Shown piece after piece: positions 27,748 to 36,873 of a DNA stretch of 64,000 nt. Source of the DNA: Myxococcales bacterium. GTDB lineage: Bacteria; Myxococcota_A; UBA9042; JABWCM01; BTVJ01. Below the pieces are notes generated by a model, which was not told the origin of the DNA, did no database searches, and saw only the letters and a list, made by a program, of their open reading frames with translations. The stretch's first letter is position 1. Every line of letters starts with the position of its first letter. The position numbers were made by a program, and so were the translations under genes. The stretch is from positions 26,601 to 90,600 of the forward strand of contig BTVJ01000029.1 in the NCBI GenBank assembly GCA_045863395.1. Reading direction: 5' to 3'.

Positions 27748-29382
27748 ATGCCGCGCTGGAAGATCCTCGCCGTCGTGATCGCCGGCTTGGCCCTGGCCGC
27801 CCTGTCGGGCGCCGGGCCGGCTCGTGCCGACGTGGTCGCACCCACGGTTGGACCTGCCGCCTCCGCGGCCGCCTCGCCCGACGACACGGCCTCCGCACGC
27901 CCCGCCGAGGCGAGCGCGGCGGCGGCATCGCCCGGGGCCGGCCAGCCTGCGGCGGAGGTGTGCACTCCCAAGCCACCGAAGAAGCCGAACTGGGGAGAGC
28001 AGATCCCCCCCATCCTGGTCCTGCTGCTCGTCATCGGGGTGGTGATCGCGCGCCTCCCGCGCCAGGACCTGGGCCACTCCATGGCCTTCCGGCGGCGGCG
28101 GGTCCTCAACTGGCTGCCGCTCGGCCTGACCTACTCGTTCCTCTACATGGCCCGCTACAACCTCAACGCTGCGAAGCTCGCCCTGGAGTGCACCGTCACC
28201 GTGGACGACTTCAGCGCCATCTTCGCGGCCGGCACGGTGACCTACGGCATCTCCTTCCTGATCAACGGCCCGCTGACGGACCGCATCGGCGGGAAGCTGG
28301 CCATCCTGATCGGAGCCATCGGCGCGGCGATCATGAACATAGCGATGGGCCTCGCCATCGACCTGGACCTGGGCACGGGCATCGTGCCCCTCTACATGGT
28401 CCTCTACTCCGCCAACATGTACTTCCAGAGCTTCGGCGCCGTCGCCATCGTCAAGGTCAACGCGCCCTGGTTCCACGTACGAGAGCGCGGCACCTTCGGC
28501 GCCATCTTCGGGATCCTGATCTCGCTGGGCCTCTACTTCGCCTACGACTGGGGCGGGGTCATCACGAGCGTCCTTCCGACCCAGTGGGTCTTCTACATCC
28601 CGGCTGCCATCTTGCTGGTCTTCGCGGCCCTGGACGCCGCCTTCGTGCGGGACAGCCCGGGGCAGGCCGGCCACGCCGACTTCGACACGGCGGACGCCTC
28701 GTCGGGCGACGACGGGCCCCGGCTGCCGGTGGTCAAGGTCTTCAAGATGCTGCTGGGCAACCCCGTGATCCTGACCATCGCCTTCATCGAGTTCTGCAGC
28801 GGGTTCCTGCGGCAGGCCATCATGCAGTACTACAAGATCTACGCGAAGGCCATCGGGCAGGCGAGCGGCTGGATCTACGACAACTGGGGACTGATCCTGT
28901 GCATCGCCGGCGTCCTCGGCGGGACGGTCGCGGGTCTGATCAGCGACAGGGTGTTCGGCTCCCGGCGCGGGCCCGTGGCGGCGCTCCTCTATGCGGTGAT
29001 GCTCGTCGGGTCCCTCATCGCGCTCATGCTGCTCGGCAACCCGTTGATCGGCGTGCTCATGAGCGTCATGTCCATGGCGATCATCGGCGTGCACGGAATG
29101 CTCTCGGGCACCGCCAGCATGGACTTCGGCGGGCGGCGCAACGCGGGGGTCGCGGTCGGCATCATCGACGGCTTCGTCTACCTCGGGACGGGCTTCATGT
29201 CGGCCCTCTACTTCGCCGTCCTCCCCGGCAAGGACGCCGAGGGCGACCCCGCCGCGTGGATCGCGTGGCCGCTGGCCATGGTGCCCATGGCCCTGTTGGG
29301 GCTCGTGCTGGCACGTCGCATCTGGCACGCCATGCCCAAGGGCAAGGGCCCCGCCGCTCCGCAACCAGGGAAGGCCGGGTGA
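27748..29382 (+). CDS. MFS transporter (GlpT/OPA-like) with an N-terminal extension
   Basis: About 12 TM helices; GPLTDRIGGK, WF..RERG.F, SDRVFGSRRGP, AVGIIDGFVYLG. Confidence 0.88.
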   Translation: MPRWKILAVVIAGLALAALSGAGPARADVVAPTVGPAASAAASPDDTASARPAEASAAAASPGAGQPAAEVCTPKPPKKPNWGEQIPPILVLLLVIGVVIARLPRQDLGHSMAFRRRRVLNWLPLGLTYSFLYMARYNLNAAKLALECTVTVDDFSAIFAAGTVTYGISFLINGPLTDRIGGKLAILIGAIGAAIMNIAMGLAIDLDLGTGIVPLYMVLYSANMYFQSFGAVAIVKVNAPWFHVRERGTFGAIFGILISLGLYFAYDWGGVITSVLPTQWVFYIPAAILLVFAALDAAFVRDSPGQAGHADFDTADASSGDDGPRLPVVKVFKMLLGNPVILTIAFIEFCSGFLRQAIMQYYKIYAKAIGQASGWIYDNWGLILCIAGVLGGTVAGLISDRVFGSRRGPVAALLYAVMLVGSLIALMLLGNPLIGVLMSVMSMAIIGVHGMLSGTASMDFGGRRNAGVAVGIIDGFVYLGTGFMSALYFAVLPGKDAEGDPAAWIAWPLAMVPMALLGLVLARRIWHAMPKGKGPAAPQPGKAG

Positions 29383-30992
29383 GTCGGCTCCCGCTCGCCG
29401 TGACCCTTGCTCTCTGCCTCGTCGGGGGCCGGGCAACGGCATGGCAGCCCCTGCGGGCGGCCACCACGGGTGTGCCGGCCCACTGGGAGACCCAGTTCAT
29501 CCCCTGGGAGCGCGCCAACGACCCTGCGGAGCTCCCCACCGAAGACGCCGAGCGCCTCATCCGCCAGGCCTTCGCCGCCTGGCAGGCCGTCCCATGCCAC
29601 CTCCTGAGCTTCGTGGAGCTCCCCCCCGGGCAAGGCCAGGGCCTCACCGTCGACGGCCACAACCGCGTCCGCTTCGTCCGGGTAGGCTGGTTCGGCTCGC
29701 CCGCGGAGGTCGCCATCGCCTCGACCACCATCCACGACGAGACGGGGCGGATCATCGACGCGGACCTTGCCCTCAACGACGAGGGGTTCGAGCTCGTCGA
29801 CGGGGTGGGCCGCTCTCCGGATGCGGTGGACCTGGGCGGCGTGCTCACCCACGAGCTCGGCCACTTCCTGGGCCTCGGGCACTCAGGCGCCGGAGACGCC
29901 ACCATGCGCACCTATCTGCCCGGGTCGGGTGTCGCGGACCTGGCCACCCTGGCGCCGGACGACGTGGTAGGGCTGTGCTCGCTCTATGAACCGGCGGCGC
30001 CCCTGCCCGAGGAGGGGCGTGCGCCGGCCGGGATCCCTCCCGGGGCCCCCCTGATGCTGGCGGGCGTCGGCCTCGCGCTGGTAGGGACGCGGCGCCGCGC
30101 CGGCGTCGCGCTGGCGGTGGCCGTCGCAAGCGCCTCCCCCCGGTGCGCGGGTCCCGGAGAGGATCCGATGCCGTTCGCCGACGCCGTGGACGCCGCGCAA
30201 GACGTTGGCCCGGCGCCTGGCGACTCGGCAGCCCCCCCCGACGTGGGGGCCGACGTGGCCACCGCAGACGCGACCGCAGACGCCAACGCAGACGCCGGCT
30301 CCGTCGTCGCGGAGGCCCTGCTCCTCTCCGAGACCGCGTGGGTGGTCACGGGCTTCGAGACCCTGGAGGAGCCGGGCTTCCCCGCCGACACGGCCCTGGA
30401 GCTCCCTGCCTCCGGCGCCCCGCTGCTCTCGTTCCTGGCCGACGGCAGGGTCATCCGCGCCCGGGCCGGCGACGGCTCGACGAGCTGCGCCTCCCTGGGC
30501 ACGTGGGAGGCGTCCGGCGACACCGTCTCGTGGCGCTTCCCCACGGAGGCCCGCTTCTGTCCGTCCGCCGCGCCGACCCACGCGGAGACCCTCCGCGTCA
30601 CCCTGGATCCCGAGACGGGCGCCCCGGCGCTGCTCTTGCTCGACAGTACCACGCCCATCGGGACCAGCGGCCGCACGATCCGCCCGTACCGAGCGACGCT
30701 GGCGCCGGCGAGCGTGGCCCCGGACCCTGCCATGTGCCCGGCGCCGCACAGCCCCGCGCCGTGCACCCTGAGCTGCTGGGAGGAGGGTGAGGGTCTGGCC
30801 CGCGTCCCGATGTATGCCCTGGGCTGCGGCACCGAGGCGCCTGTCTGCTCCGTGCTCACCGACGCCGTGACGGGCCTGGTCACGCGGCGCCAGTGCCAGG
30901 ACGGCTGCCAGACGGTCACCTGCGACCTGACGGACGACGGAGGCGCCTGCGCGGCCGAGCCGGCGGGCGCGAAGTGCGCGTGGGGCCCGTGA
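29379..30992 (+). CDS. Matrixin (M10) zinc metalloprotease fused to a lipocalin-like/Cys-rich module
   Basis: HELGHFLGLGHS, Met-turn ATM, DDVVGLCSLY; GTG overlaps the MFS stop codon. Confidence 0.85.
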   Translation: MSRLPLAVTLALCLVGGRATAWQPLRAATTGVPAHWETQFIPWERANDPAELPTEDAERLIRQAFAAWQAVPCHLLSFVELPPGQGQGLTVDGHNRVRFVRVGWFGSPAEVAIASTTIHDETGRIIDADLALNDEGFELVDGVGRSPDAVDLGGVLTHELGHFLGLGHSGAGDATMRTYLPGSGVADLATLAPDDVVGLCSLYEPAAPLPEEGRAPAGIPPGAPLMLAGVGLALVGTRRRAGVALAVAVASASPRCAGPGEDPMPFADAVDAAQDVGPAPGDSAAPPDVGADVATADATADANADAGSVVAEALLLSETAWVVTGFETLEEPGFPADTALELPASGAPLLSFLADGRVIRARAGDGSTSCASLGTWEASGDTVSWRFPTEARFCPSAAPTHAETLRVTLDPETGAPALLLLDSTTPIGTSGRTIRPYRATLAPASVAPDPAMCPAPHSPAPCTLSCWEEGEGLARVPMYALGCGTEAPVCSVLTDAVTGLVTRRQCQDGCQTVTCDLTDDGGACAAEPAGAKCAWGP

Positions 30993-31032
30993 TGAGAGGT
31001 GACTGGGGGATCGCAGACCCGGGGGATGGGGC

Positions 31033-32628
31033 ATGGAGCAGCGGCTGATCCTGACCGCGATCCTCCTCGCGGCGGCTATCGGGTGCCTGGTGTTTCGCAT
31101 GCGCCGCACGCGCGACCCCGGGCGCTTTGCGGGCGCACTCCTGGTCGCCGGCCTGTCCGGACTTGCCCTGCACCTGGACGGGGCGCCTGTCCCGTCTGCC
31201 ATCGCCATCGGCACCTTCCTCGCCTTCGTGGTGCTGCCCCAGGTCGCTGCACGCGCCGCGCAAGCCAGCCCTGGCGTAGCCTCGCTGGCGACCGCGGTCC
31301 TCCCGCTCGTCTGGTGGGGCCGCGGGGGCCGCGCCATCCGGGACGCCGCGCGGGCCCAGCTCCAGGCATCCCGAGGCAACCTGGCAAGTGCCTCGTCTCT
31401 GCTCGACGCCTGGGGCAGCGACCTCCCGCCCTTCGCACGGGCGGCCGTGGGCTCCGCCCGGGCGACCGTGGCGCTGCACAAGCGGTGCTGGGACGAGGTC
31501 GTGCGCATCGCCGACGAGGTGGCACCCTCCTCAGACCCGGTCCAGCTCCACGCGGCGCGGGCGGAGGCAGAGCTCGGGCGACCCGCCGACGCCTTCGTGC
31601 GCGCGGGCCGGGCCTTGAGGGCCTCACCAGGCACCTGGGACCCGACCGCGCTGGCCGTCGCCGAGGCCGCGGCCTGCGCCACCGCCGGCGACCTGGATCA
31701 CCTCGACCGCGCTCTGGATCGCCCCGAGGGGCGCGCCATGGAGTCCGCCCTCCCGGGGACCGCCGACTATTGGCGCGGTCGCTGCCTCCTGTCCTCGGGC
31801 GACGTGCCGGGGGCTTCCGATGCGCTCAGGCGGGCCCTCGCGACCATCCCGGCCTCCCAGGAGCGCGCCCGTGACGTGGTGCGGGGTACGCTGGACGGCA
31901 CGCTGCGGCACGCCACGGGGCGTCAGCCTGGCTACGAGCAGGCCCGCGACCGCTTCGAGGGGCTCCTGGATGGGATGCTGCCGTGGGCCCGCTTCCTTGG
32001 CGGTCGCGGAGCCATCCCCGTGACCTCGGCCGTGGTCCTGCTCAGCGCGCTGGCCTTGGCACCGCGCTACACGGGGCACGAGGCACTCTGGGGTGAGCTG
32101 CTGGCCCGCTTCGCCAACGTGGGCTCCCTGGTGGTCGAGGAGGGCGAGCACTGGCGCCTCGTCACGGCACTCTTCCTGCACGCCAACCTGTTCCACCTCG
32201 GCTTCAACGCGGCCGCCCTGCTCCTCTTCGGCGGCCCGGTCGAGCGCCTGTGGGGCCCGCTGCGCATGGCCGCCGTCTTCCTCGTCACCGGCCTGCTCGG
32301 CCACCTGGCCAGCGCGCTGTGGCACGGCGCGGACAGCACGGCCGTCGGCGCCAGCACGGGCGTCTATGGAGTCATCGCCGTCTACATCGCCACCCTCCTG
32401 CAGCTCCCGGGGCGCGAGCTGCGCCGCTTCCGGGTGCGGCGCGCCACGCTGCTCCTGGTGGTGGTCGCCTTCGACGTGCTGTTCTCGTTGGTGGAGCCGC
32501 GCATCGACACGGCGGGGCACGTCGGCGGCTTCCTCGCAGGGGCAGCCCTCGCAGGGCTGTGGCTGGCCGTCCGGCGCGCGTCGGCGCCCGCGCCGCCGGC
32601 TCGCCCCCCGGGAGTTGCGGGCGCCTGA
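31033..32628 (+). CDS. Rhomboid intramembrane serine protease with N-terminal TM and TPR-like regions
   Basis: WRLVTALFLH...HLGFN, VGAST (Ser), GHVGG (His). Confidence 0.88.
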   Translation: MEQRLILTAILLAAAIGCLVFRMRRTRDPGRFAGALLVAGLSGLALHLDGAPVPSAIAIGTFLAFVVLPQVAARAAQASPGVASLATAVLPLVWWGRGGRAIRDAARAQLQASRGNLASASSLLDAWGSDLPPFARAAVGSARATVALHKRCWDEVVRIADEVAPSSDPVQLHAARAEAELGRPADAFVRAGRALRASPGTWDPTALAVAEAAACATAGDLDHLDRALDRPEGRAMESALPGTADYWRGRCLLSSGDVPGASDALRRALATIPASQERARDVVRGTLDGTLRHATGRQPGYEQARDRFEGLLDGMLPWARFLGGRGAIPVTSAVVLLSALALAPRYTGHEALWGELLARFANVGSLVVEEGEHWRLVTALFLHANLFHLGFNAAALLLFGGPVERLWGPLRMAAVFLVTGLLGHLASALWHGADSTAVGASTGVYGVIAVYIATLLQLPGRELRRFRVRRATLLLVVVAFDVLFSLVEPRIDTAGHVGGFLAGAALAGLWLAVRRASAPAPPARPPGVAGA

Positions 32629-33018
32629 CTATCGGACATTCAGCAGGCGCAGGATGGACGCCGCCTCCTCGAGCTGGCGCGCGCGCCTCTGCCATTGCTC
32701 TCGCACCTCGGTGTCGGCCGCGCCTCCCGGGTGATCGAGCCGGCTCATGTCATCCCGCACCACCTCAGTCAGCTCGCGATACCGCACCCGGGCGATGTCG
32801 TAGAGCCCTCTCTTCACGTCGCGCTCCGCCGCACGCCGGCTCTCCTCGATCTGCGTATCCAGCCCCTGGGACTGTCGCAGGGCCTCGTCGAGGGCCCCAT
32901 CGCTCGGCTCCGTGAGCTCGACCTGTGGAGCGTCCTCACCCGGGACCTCTGCCCGTGCGGCTGGTGCCAGGGCGCCCACGACGAAGGCGCAGAGCAGCAC
33001 GATGCGACCGATCCTCAT
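32629..33018 (-). CDS. Small secreted helical protein
   Basis: Signal peptide MRIGRIVLLCAFVVGALAPAARA; GAGGAG RBS. Confidence 0.7.
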   Translation of the reverse strand: MRIGRIVLLCAFVVGALAPAARAEVPGEDAPQVELTEPSDGALDEALRQSQGLDTQIEESRRAAERDVKRGLYDIARVRYRELTEVVRDDMSRLDHPGGAADTEVREQWQRRARQLEEAASILRLLNVR

Positions 33019-33246
33019 GACCCAGCTCCTCTGGGGCCTGCTTCTGGAACGTCCCGCCTCGGCGCTCCACGGCCCCATGGCAACTCCCATCGGGCTCCAG
33101 GTCCGCCCCCATGAGCCCTTTGTCACCCTCGTGCGGGCGCCCCCCGACCTGCGGTCCGTGAATACCGTTGACGCTCCCCCGTCGCTGGCGGCCGTGACCG
33201 ATGTCGCAACCGCGCGACAGGATTCAAGATACAAGTGGAGGACCCC

Positions 33247-33705
33247 ATGAAGCAGCTCAACCACCCCGGACTCCGCCGACTCCTACGAGGGCTTCTTCTC
33301 TTCACGGCGTTCGTCGCCCTCAGCGCATCCCGAGCGAGCTGCGAGCTCAGCGGCCCCGACGTCGTGGTCGTCGATCACTCACCGGCTTACGTCCCCGGTC
33401 CACCCGTCATCTATAGCGGCGACGTCTCCATCACCTACGACTTCGGCGGCTGGTCCTGCCAGGACGTCGGGGTCTGGGGCATCGACTTCAGCGTGAGCGA
33501 GGGCGGTCCGAGCGGGCCGGTGTGGGTGGAGGACTGGGCCATCGCCTGCGACCCGTGGGGCGAGATCTACATCCCCGATCTGCCGCTCGGCCGCTACTTC
33601 CTGACGCTGGTGGCAAGGGACCCGTGGGGCGGCGAGGTGTTCTGGTACGACGCGTGGGTCTACCACGAGGCGCCATACACCTCCGTCGACGTCTCCCTCT
33701 ACTGA
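33247..33705 (+). CDS. Hypothetical exported beta-rich protein
   Basis: GGAGG RBS; N-terminal hydrophobic segment; aromatic-rich strands. Confidence 0.7.
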   Translation: MKQLNHPGLRRLLRGLLLFTAFVALSASRASCELSGPDVVVVDHSPAYVPGPPVIYSGDVSITYDFGGWSCQDVGVWGIDFSVSEGGPSGPVWVEDWAIACDPWGEIYIPDLPLGRYFLTLVARDPWGGEVFWYDAWVYHEAPYTSVDVSLY

Positions 33706-34469
33706 TCCGCAGTGCCTCCTGGCACACCTCGCGGCAGAGGCTCGTCGTCTCCCCGGCTCAGCACCTCCCACACCTGTCGCGCGGCCTCCTGCTCCGCATC
33801 CTTCTTCGTGCGGCCCACGCCCGTCGCGCACGACACCCCTGTGATGCTCACCTCCGCGTGGAAGGTCTTCTCGTGGTCCGGGCCGCGCTCCTCCACGATG
33901 CGATAGGTCGGGACCGCCTGGAAGCGGCGCTGTGACAGCTCCTGGAGCTGCGTCTTGAAGTCCGACTGCTGGCTGTGGCGTGGGATCTGGGCGATGCGAG
34001 CCGCGAAGTGGCGCTGGATGATGGTCCGCGCCATCTCGAAGCCGCGGTCCAGGTAGACCGCGCCGATGAGCGCCTCGTACAGGTCCGCAAGGAGGGAGGC
34101 CTTGTTGGAGCCACCCGTGAGCTCCTCCCCGCGGCCCAACAACATGAAGGGACCCAGGTTGAGCTCGCGGGCGACCGCGGCGAGGCCCTCCTCGCTGACG
34201 AGGAGGGCACGATAGCGCGTGAGCATCCCCTCCGGCTCCTCGGCGAAGTGCTCGCAGAGGAGGTGGGCGATCACGCAGCCGAGCACCGAGTCGCCAAGAA
34301 ACTCCAGGCGCTGGTTGTCGGCGTCCACCGAGCCGTGCTCGTTCCGGTAGGACGTGTGGGTCAGCGCCTCTCTGAGCAGGCGTCGGTCCTCGAACGTCAC
34401 CTCCAGCAGCGCCTCGACCCCGTCGAGCAGCGGCGCCAGGGCTGCGTCGGTGTCCATCACGCCTGACAT
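33699..34469 (-). CDS. rnc: Ribonuclease III
   Basis: ALTH.SY, NQRLEFLGDSVL, LADLYEALIGA, C-terminal dsRBD (DFKTQLQE...GPDH...KKDAEQ). Confidence 0.96.
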   Translation of the reverse strand: MSGVMDTDAALAPLLDGVEALLEVTFEDRRLLREALTHTSYRNEHGSVDADNQRLEFLGDSVLGCVIAHLLCEHFAEEPEGMLTRYRALLVSEEGLAAVARELNLGPFMLLGRGEELTGGSNKASLLADLYEALIGAVYLDRGFEMARTIIQRHFAARIAQIPRHSQQSDFKTQLQELSQRRFQAVPTYRIVEERGPDHEKTFHAEVSITGVSCATGVGRTKKDAEQEAARQVWEVLSRGDDEPLPRGVPGGTADQ

Positions 34470-35785
34470 TCGCTCCCTCCCGTCTGTGCTGGCTCGTCCA
34501 GCACTCCCAGCGCCAGCGCCCCCTCGGCGCCGACGATGCGCGCCCGGACCAGCCGATCCGACAGGCGCCCTGCCACCTCGACCTGCACGTAGTTCTCCGA
34601 GGTGCCCCGGCGCCCGACGCCAGCAGGCCCCTCGACGAGCACCTCCACGGTGCGGCCCACCTGCGCACGGGTGAAGGCGCGCCGCCGCTCCTCCGAGAGG
34701 GCGCGGAGCAGGTCCCCGCGGTCCCTCTTCTCTTCGGGGCTCACGTGATCCGGGAGGGCGGCCGCCTCCGTCCCCGCGCGAGGCGAGTAGGGGAAGACGT
34801 GCAGGTACGTGAAGTCCGTGTCCCGCAGGAGGCGCACCGTCTGCTGGAAGTGCTCGGCGGTCTCGCCGGGGAAACCCACGATGACGTCGATGCCGATGGC
34901 CGCGTGGGGGAGGCGCGCCCGGATGGCCCCCATCAGCGCGACGTAGGCGCTCGCCGTGTAGACGCGGCGCATGCGTCGCAGCACCTCGTCGCTGCCGCTC
35001 TGGAGCGGGACGTGGAAGTGGGGACACACCGTGGGCGTACTCGCGGCGAAGTTCAGCATGTCGACGCGCAGCTCGTTGGGCTCGATGCTGGAGATTCGCA
35101 CCCGGGGGACCAGGCGCTCGGCGTCGATGGCCCGGAGCAGCTCGAGCAGGGTGCGGCGGGGGCGCAGGTCGCGCCCGAAGTGACCTACGTGGATGCCGGT
35201 GAGCACCACCTCCTGGGCCCCGAGGGCGGCGTAGCGCCGGATGCCGTCGAGGACCTCCTCGAAGGGGACGCTGCGGTTTCTGCCCCGGGCACGCGGGATG
35301 ATGCAGAAGGAGCACCCGTAGTCGCAGCCGTCCTGCACCTTGACGAAGGGGCGGGTGCGCCCGGCCGGGAGGCGCCGGATCTGGCTCGTGTCCCGCAAGG
35401 ACGGTGCCCAGTCCCTTGCGCGGCGGCTCTCGACGGGCGGGAGGCCCGCCAGGTCCCGCAGCAGGGCCGGCAGGCGCGCCTTGTCCGCGTTGCCGAGCAC
35501 GTGGGTGACCTCGGGCATGGCGCGCACCTCGTCGCCTGCCACCTGCGCGTAGCAGCCCGTGACGACGATGGCAGCCCCGGGGCTCGTGCGGCGGAGCTGG
35601 CGGATGATCTGGCGGGCGTCGCTGTCCGCCGTGTGGGTCACCGTGCAGGTGTTCACCACGCAGATGTCGGCCGGGTCGCGCGGGCCGACGAGCTGCACGG
35701 GGCCGTCCGACAGGGCCTCGGCGAGCATCGCCGAGTCCGCCTGGTTGGCCTTGCAGCCGAGGGTGAGCAGGGCGACGCGGGTCAC
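34457..35785 (-). CDS. mtaB: tRNA t6A37 methylthiotransferase MtaB
   Basis: TLGCKAN, NTCTVT, VTGCYAQ, CDYGCSFC radical SAM motif, LHVFPYSPR.GT. Confidence 0.92.
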   Translation of the reverse strand: MTRVALLTLGCKANQADSAMLAEALSDGPVQLVGPRDPADICVVNTCTVTHTADSDARQIIRQLRRTSPGAAIVVTGCYAQVAGDEVRAMPEVTHVLGNADKARLPALLRDLAGLPPVESRRARDWAPSLRDTSQIRRLPAGRTRPFVKVQDGCDYGCSFCIIPRARGRNRSVPFEEVLDGIRRYAALGAQEVVLTGIHVGHFGRDLRPRRTLLELLRAIDAERLVPRVRISSIEPNELRVDMLNFAASTPTVCPHFHVPLQSGSDEVLRRMRRVYTASAYVALMGAIRARLPHAAIGIDVIVGFPGETAEHFQQTVRLLRDTDFTYLHVFPYSPRAGTEAAALPDHVSPEEKRDRGDLLRALSEERRRAFTRAQVGRTVEVLVEGPAGVGRRGTSENYVQVEVAGRLSDRLVRARIVGAEGALALGVLDEPAQTGGSECQA

Positions 35786-36873
35786 GGGAGCGCCTCCTGG
35801 ATCACCCCGCCTCCGAGGACGCGATCCCCCTCATAGAGAACCACCGTCTGCCCGGGGGTCACGGCGCGGGCCGGCGCGTCGAACTGCACGGTGGCAGAGC
35901 CGAGCTCGCAGGCCAGCAGGCGCCCCGGGGCGGCTGGGGTGCGATAGCGGATCTTGACCTCGACGGGTGAACCGGGCGGAGGCGGGGCCCCCACCCAGCG
36001 CACCTCCCGCGCCCGCAGCCCCGTCGCGGTCAGGTCGGCGGCCCCGCCGACGACGACCCGGTTCCGCTCGGCGTCCACCCGGACCACGTAGCGCGGCTCG
36101 GGGCCCGGGACCCCCAGGCCCTTGCGCTGGCCGACCGTGTAGTGGTGGTGGCCGCCATGGCGGCCCAGGGAGAGCCCGTCCACGGAGACGAGGGCGCCCT
36201 CCCCGGGAAGGCGTTCCGCCGCGTGGCGCTCCATGAAGCCGCGGTAGCTCTCCCCGGCGATGAAGCACACGTCCTGGCTCTCGCCCTTCTCCGCCGTGGC
36301 CAGGCCGAAGCGCCGGGCGTGCGCCCGCACCTCGTCCTTCGTGAGCCCCCCGAGGGGGAAGCGCACGGTGGCGAGCTGCTCCTGGTCCATGCAGTAGACG
36401 AAGTAGGACTGGTCCTTCGCCAGGTCCACTCCCCTGCGCAGGGTCCACTCCCCCCGCGCCTCGTCCCGCTCGATGCGGGCGTAGTGGCCCGTCGCGAGGA
36501 TCTCGCCGCCCAGGGCCTGGGCGCGGCGCAGCAGCAGGCGGAACTTCATGACGTCGTTGCAGCGCACACAGGGGTTGGGCGTGCGCCCGGCCAGGTAGCC
36601 GTCCACGAGGTCGTCGACGACGGCTGCGCGGAACTGCTCCTGGAAGTTCGCCACGTAGAAAGGGATGCCGAGCTGGGTGGCCACCCGGCGCGCATCCTGG
36701 ACGTCGTCGAGGCTGCAGCAGGTGCCGGCGCGCTCCACCGGGGCGTCGCCGTGATCCCAGAGCTGCATGGTGACGCCGACGACGTCCCAGCCCGCCTCCA
36801 GGAGCAGGGCGGCCGCGACCGACGAGTCCACGCCGCCGGACATGGCGACGACCGCGCGGGGTCTGGTGCTCAT
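35782..36873 (-). CDS. mnmA: tRNA-specific 2-thiouridylase MnmA
   Basis: AMSGGVDS, TPNPC, TGHYA, KDQSY, ESQDVCF, TVGQRKGL, TPGQ. Confidence 0.96.
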   Translation of the reverse strand: MSTRPRAVVAMSGGVDSSVAAALLLEAGWDVVGVTMQLWDHGDAPVERAGTCCSLDDVQDARRVATQLGIPFYVANFQEQFRAAVVDDLVDGYLAGRTPNPCVRCNDVMKFRLLLRRAQALGGEILATGHYARIERDEARGEWTLRRGVDLAKDQSYFVYCMDQEQLATVRFPLGGLTKDEVRAHARRFGLATAEKGESQDVCFIAGESYRGFMERHAAERLPGEGALVSVDGLSLGRHGGHHHYTVGQRKGLGVPGPEPRYVVRVDAERNRVVVGGAADLTATGLRAREVRWVGAPPPPGSPVEVKIRYRTPAAPGRLLACELGSATVQFDAPARAVTPGQTVVLYEGDRVLGGGVIQEALP

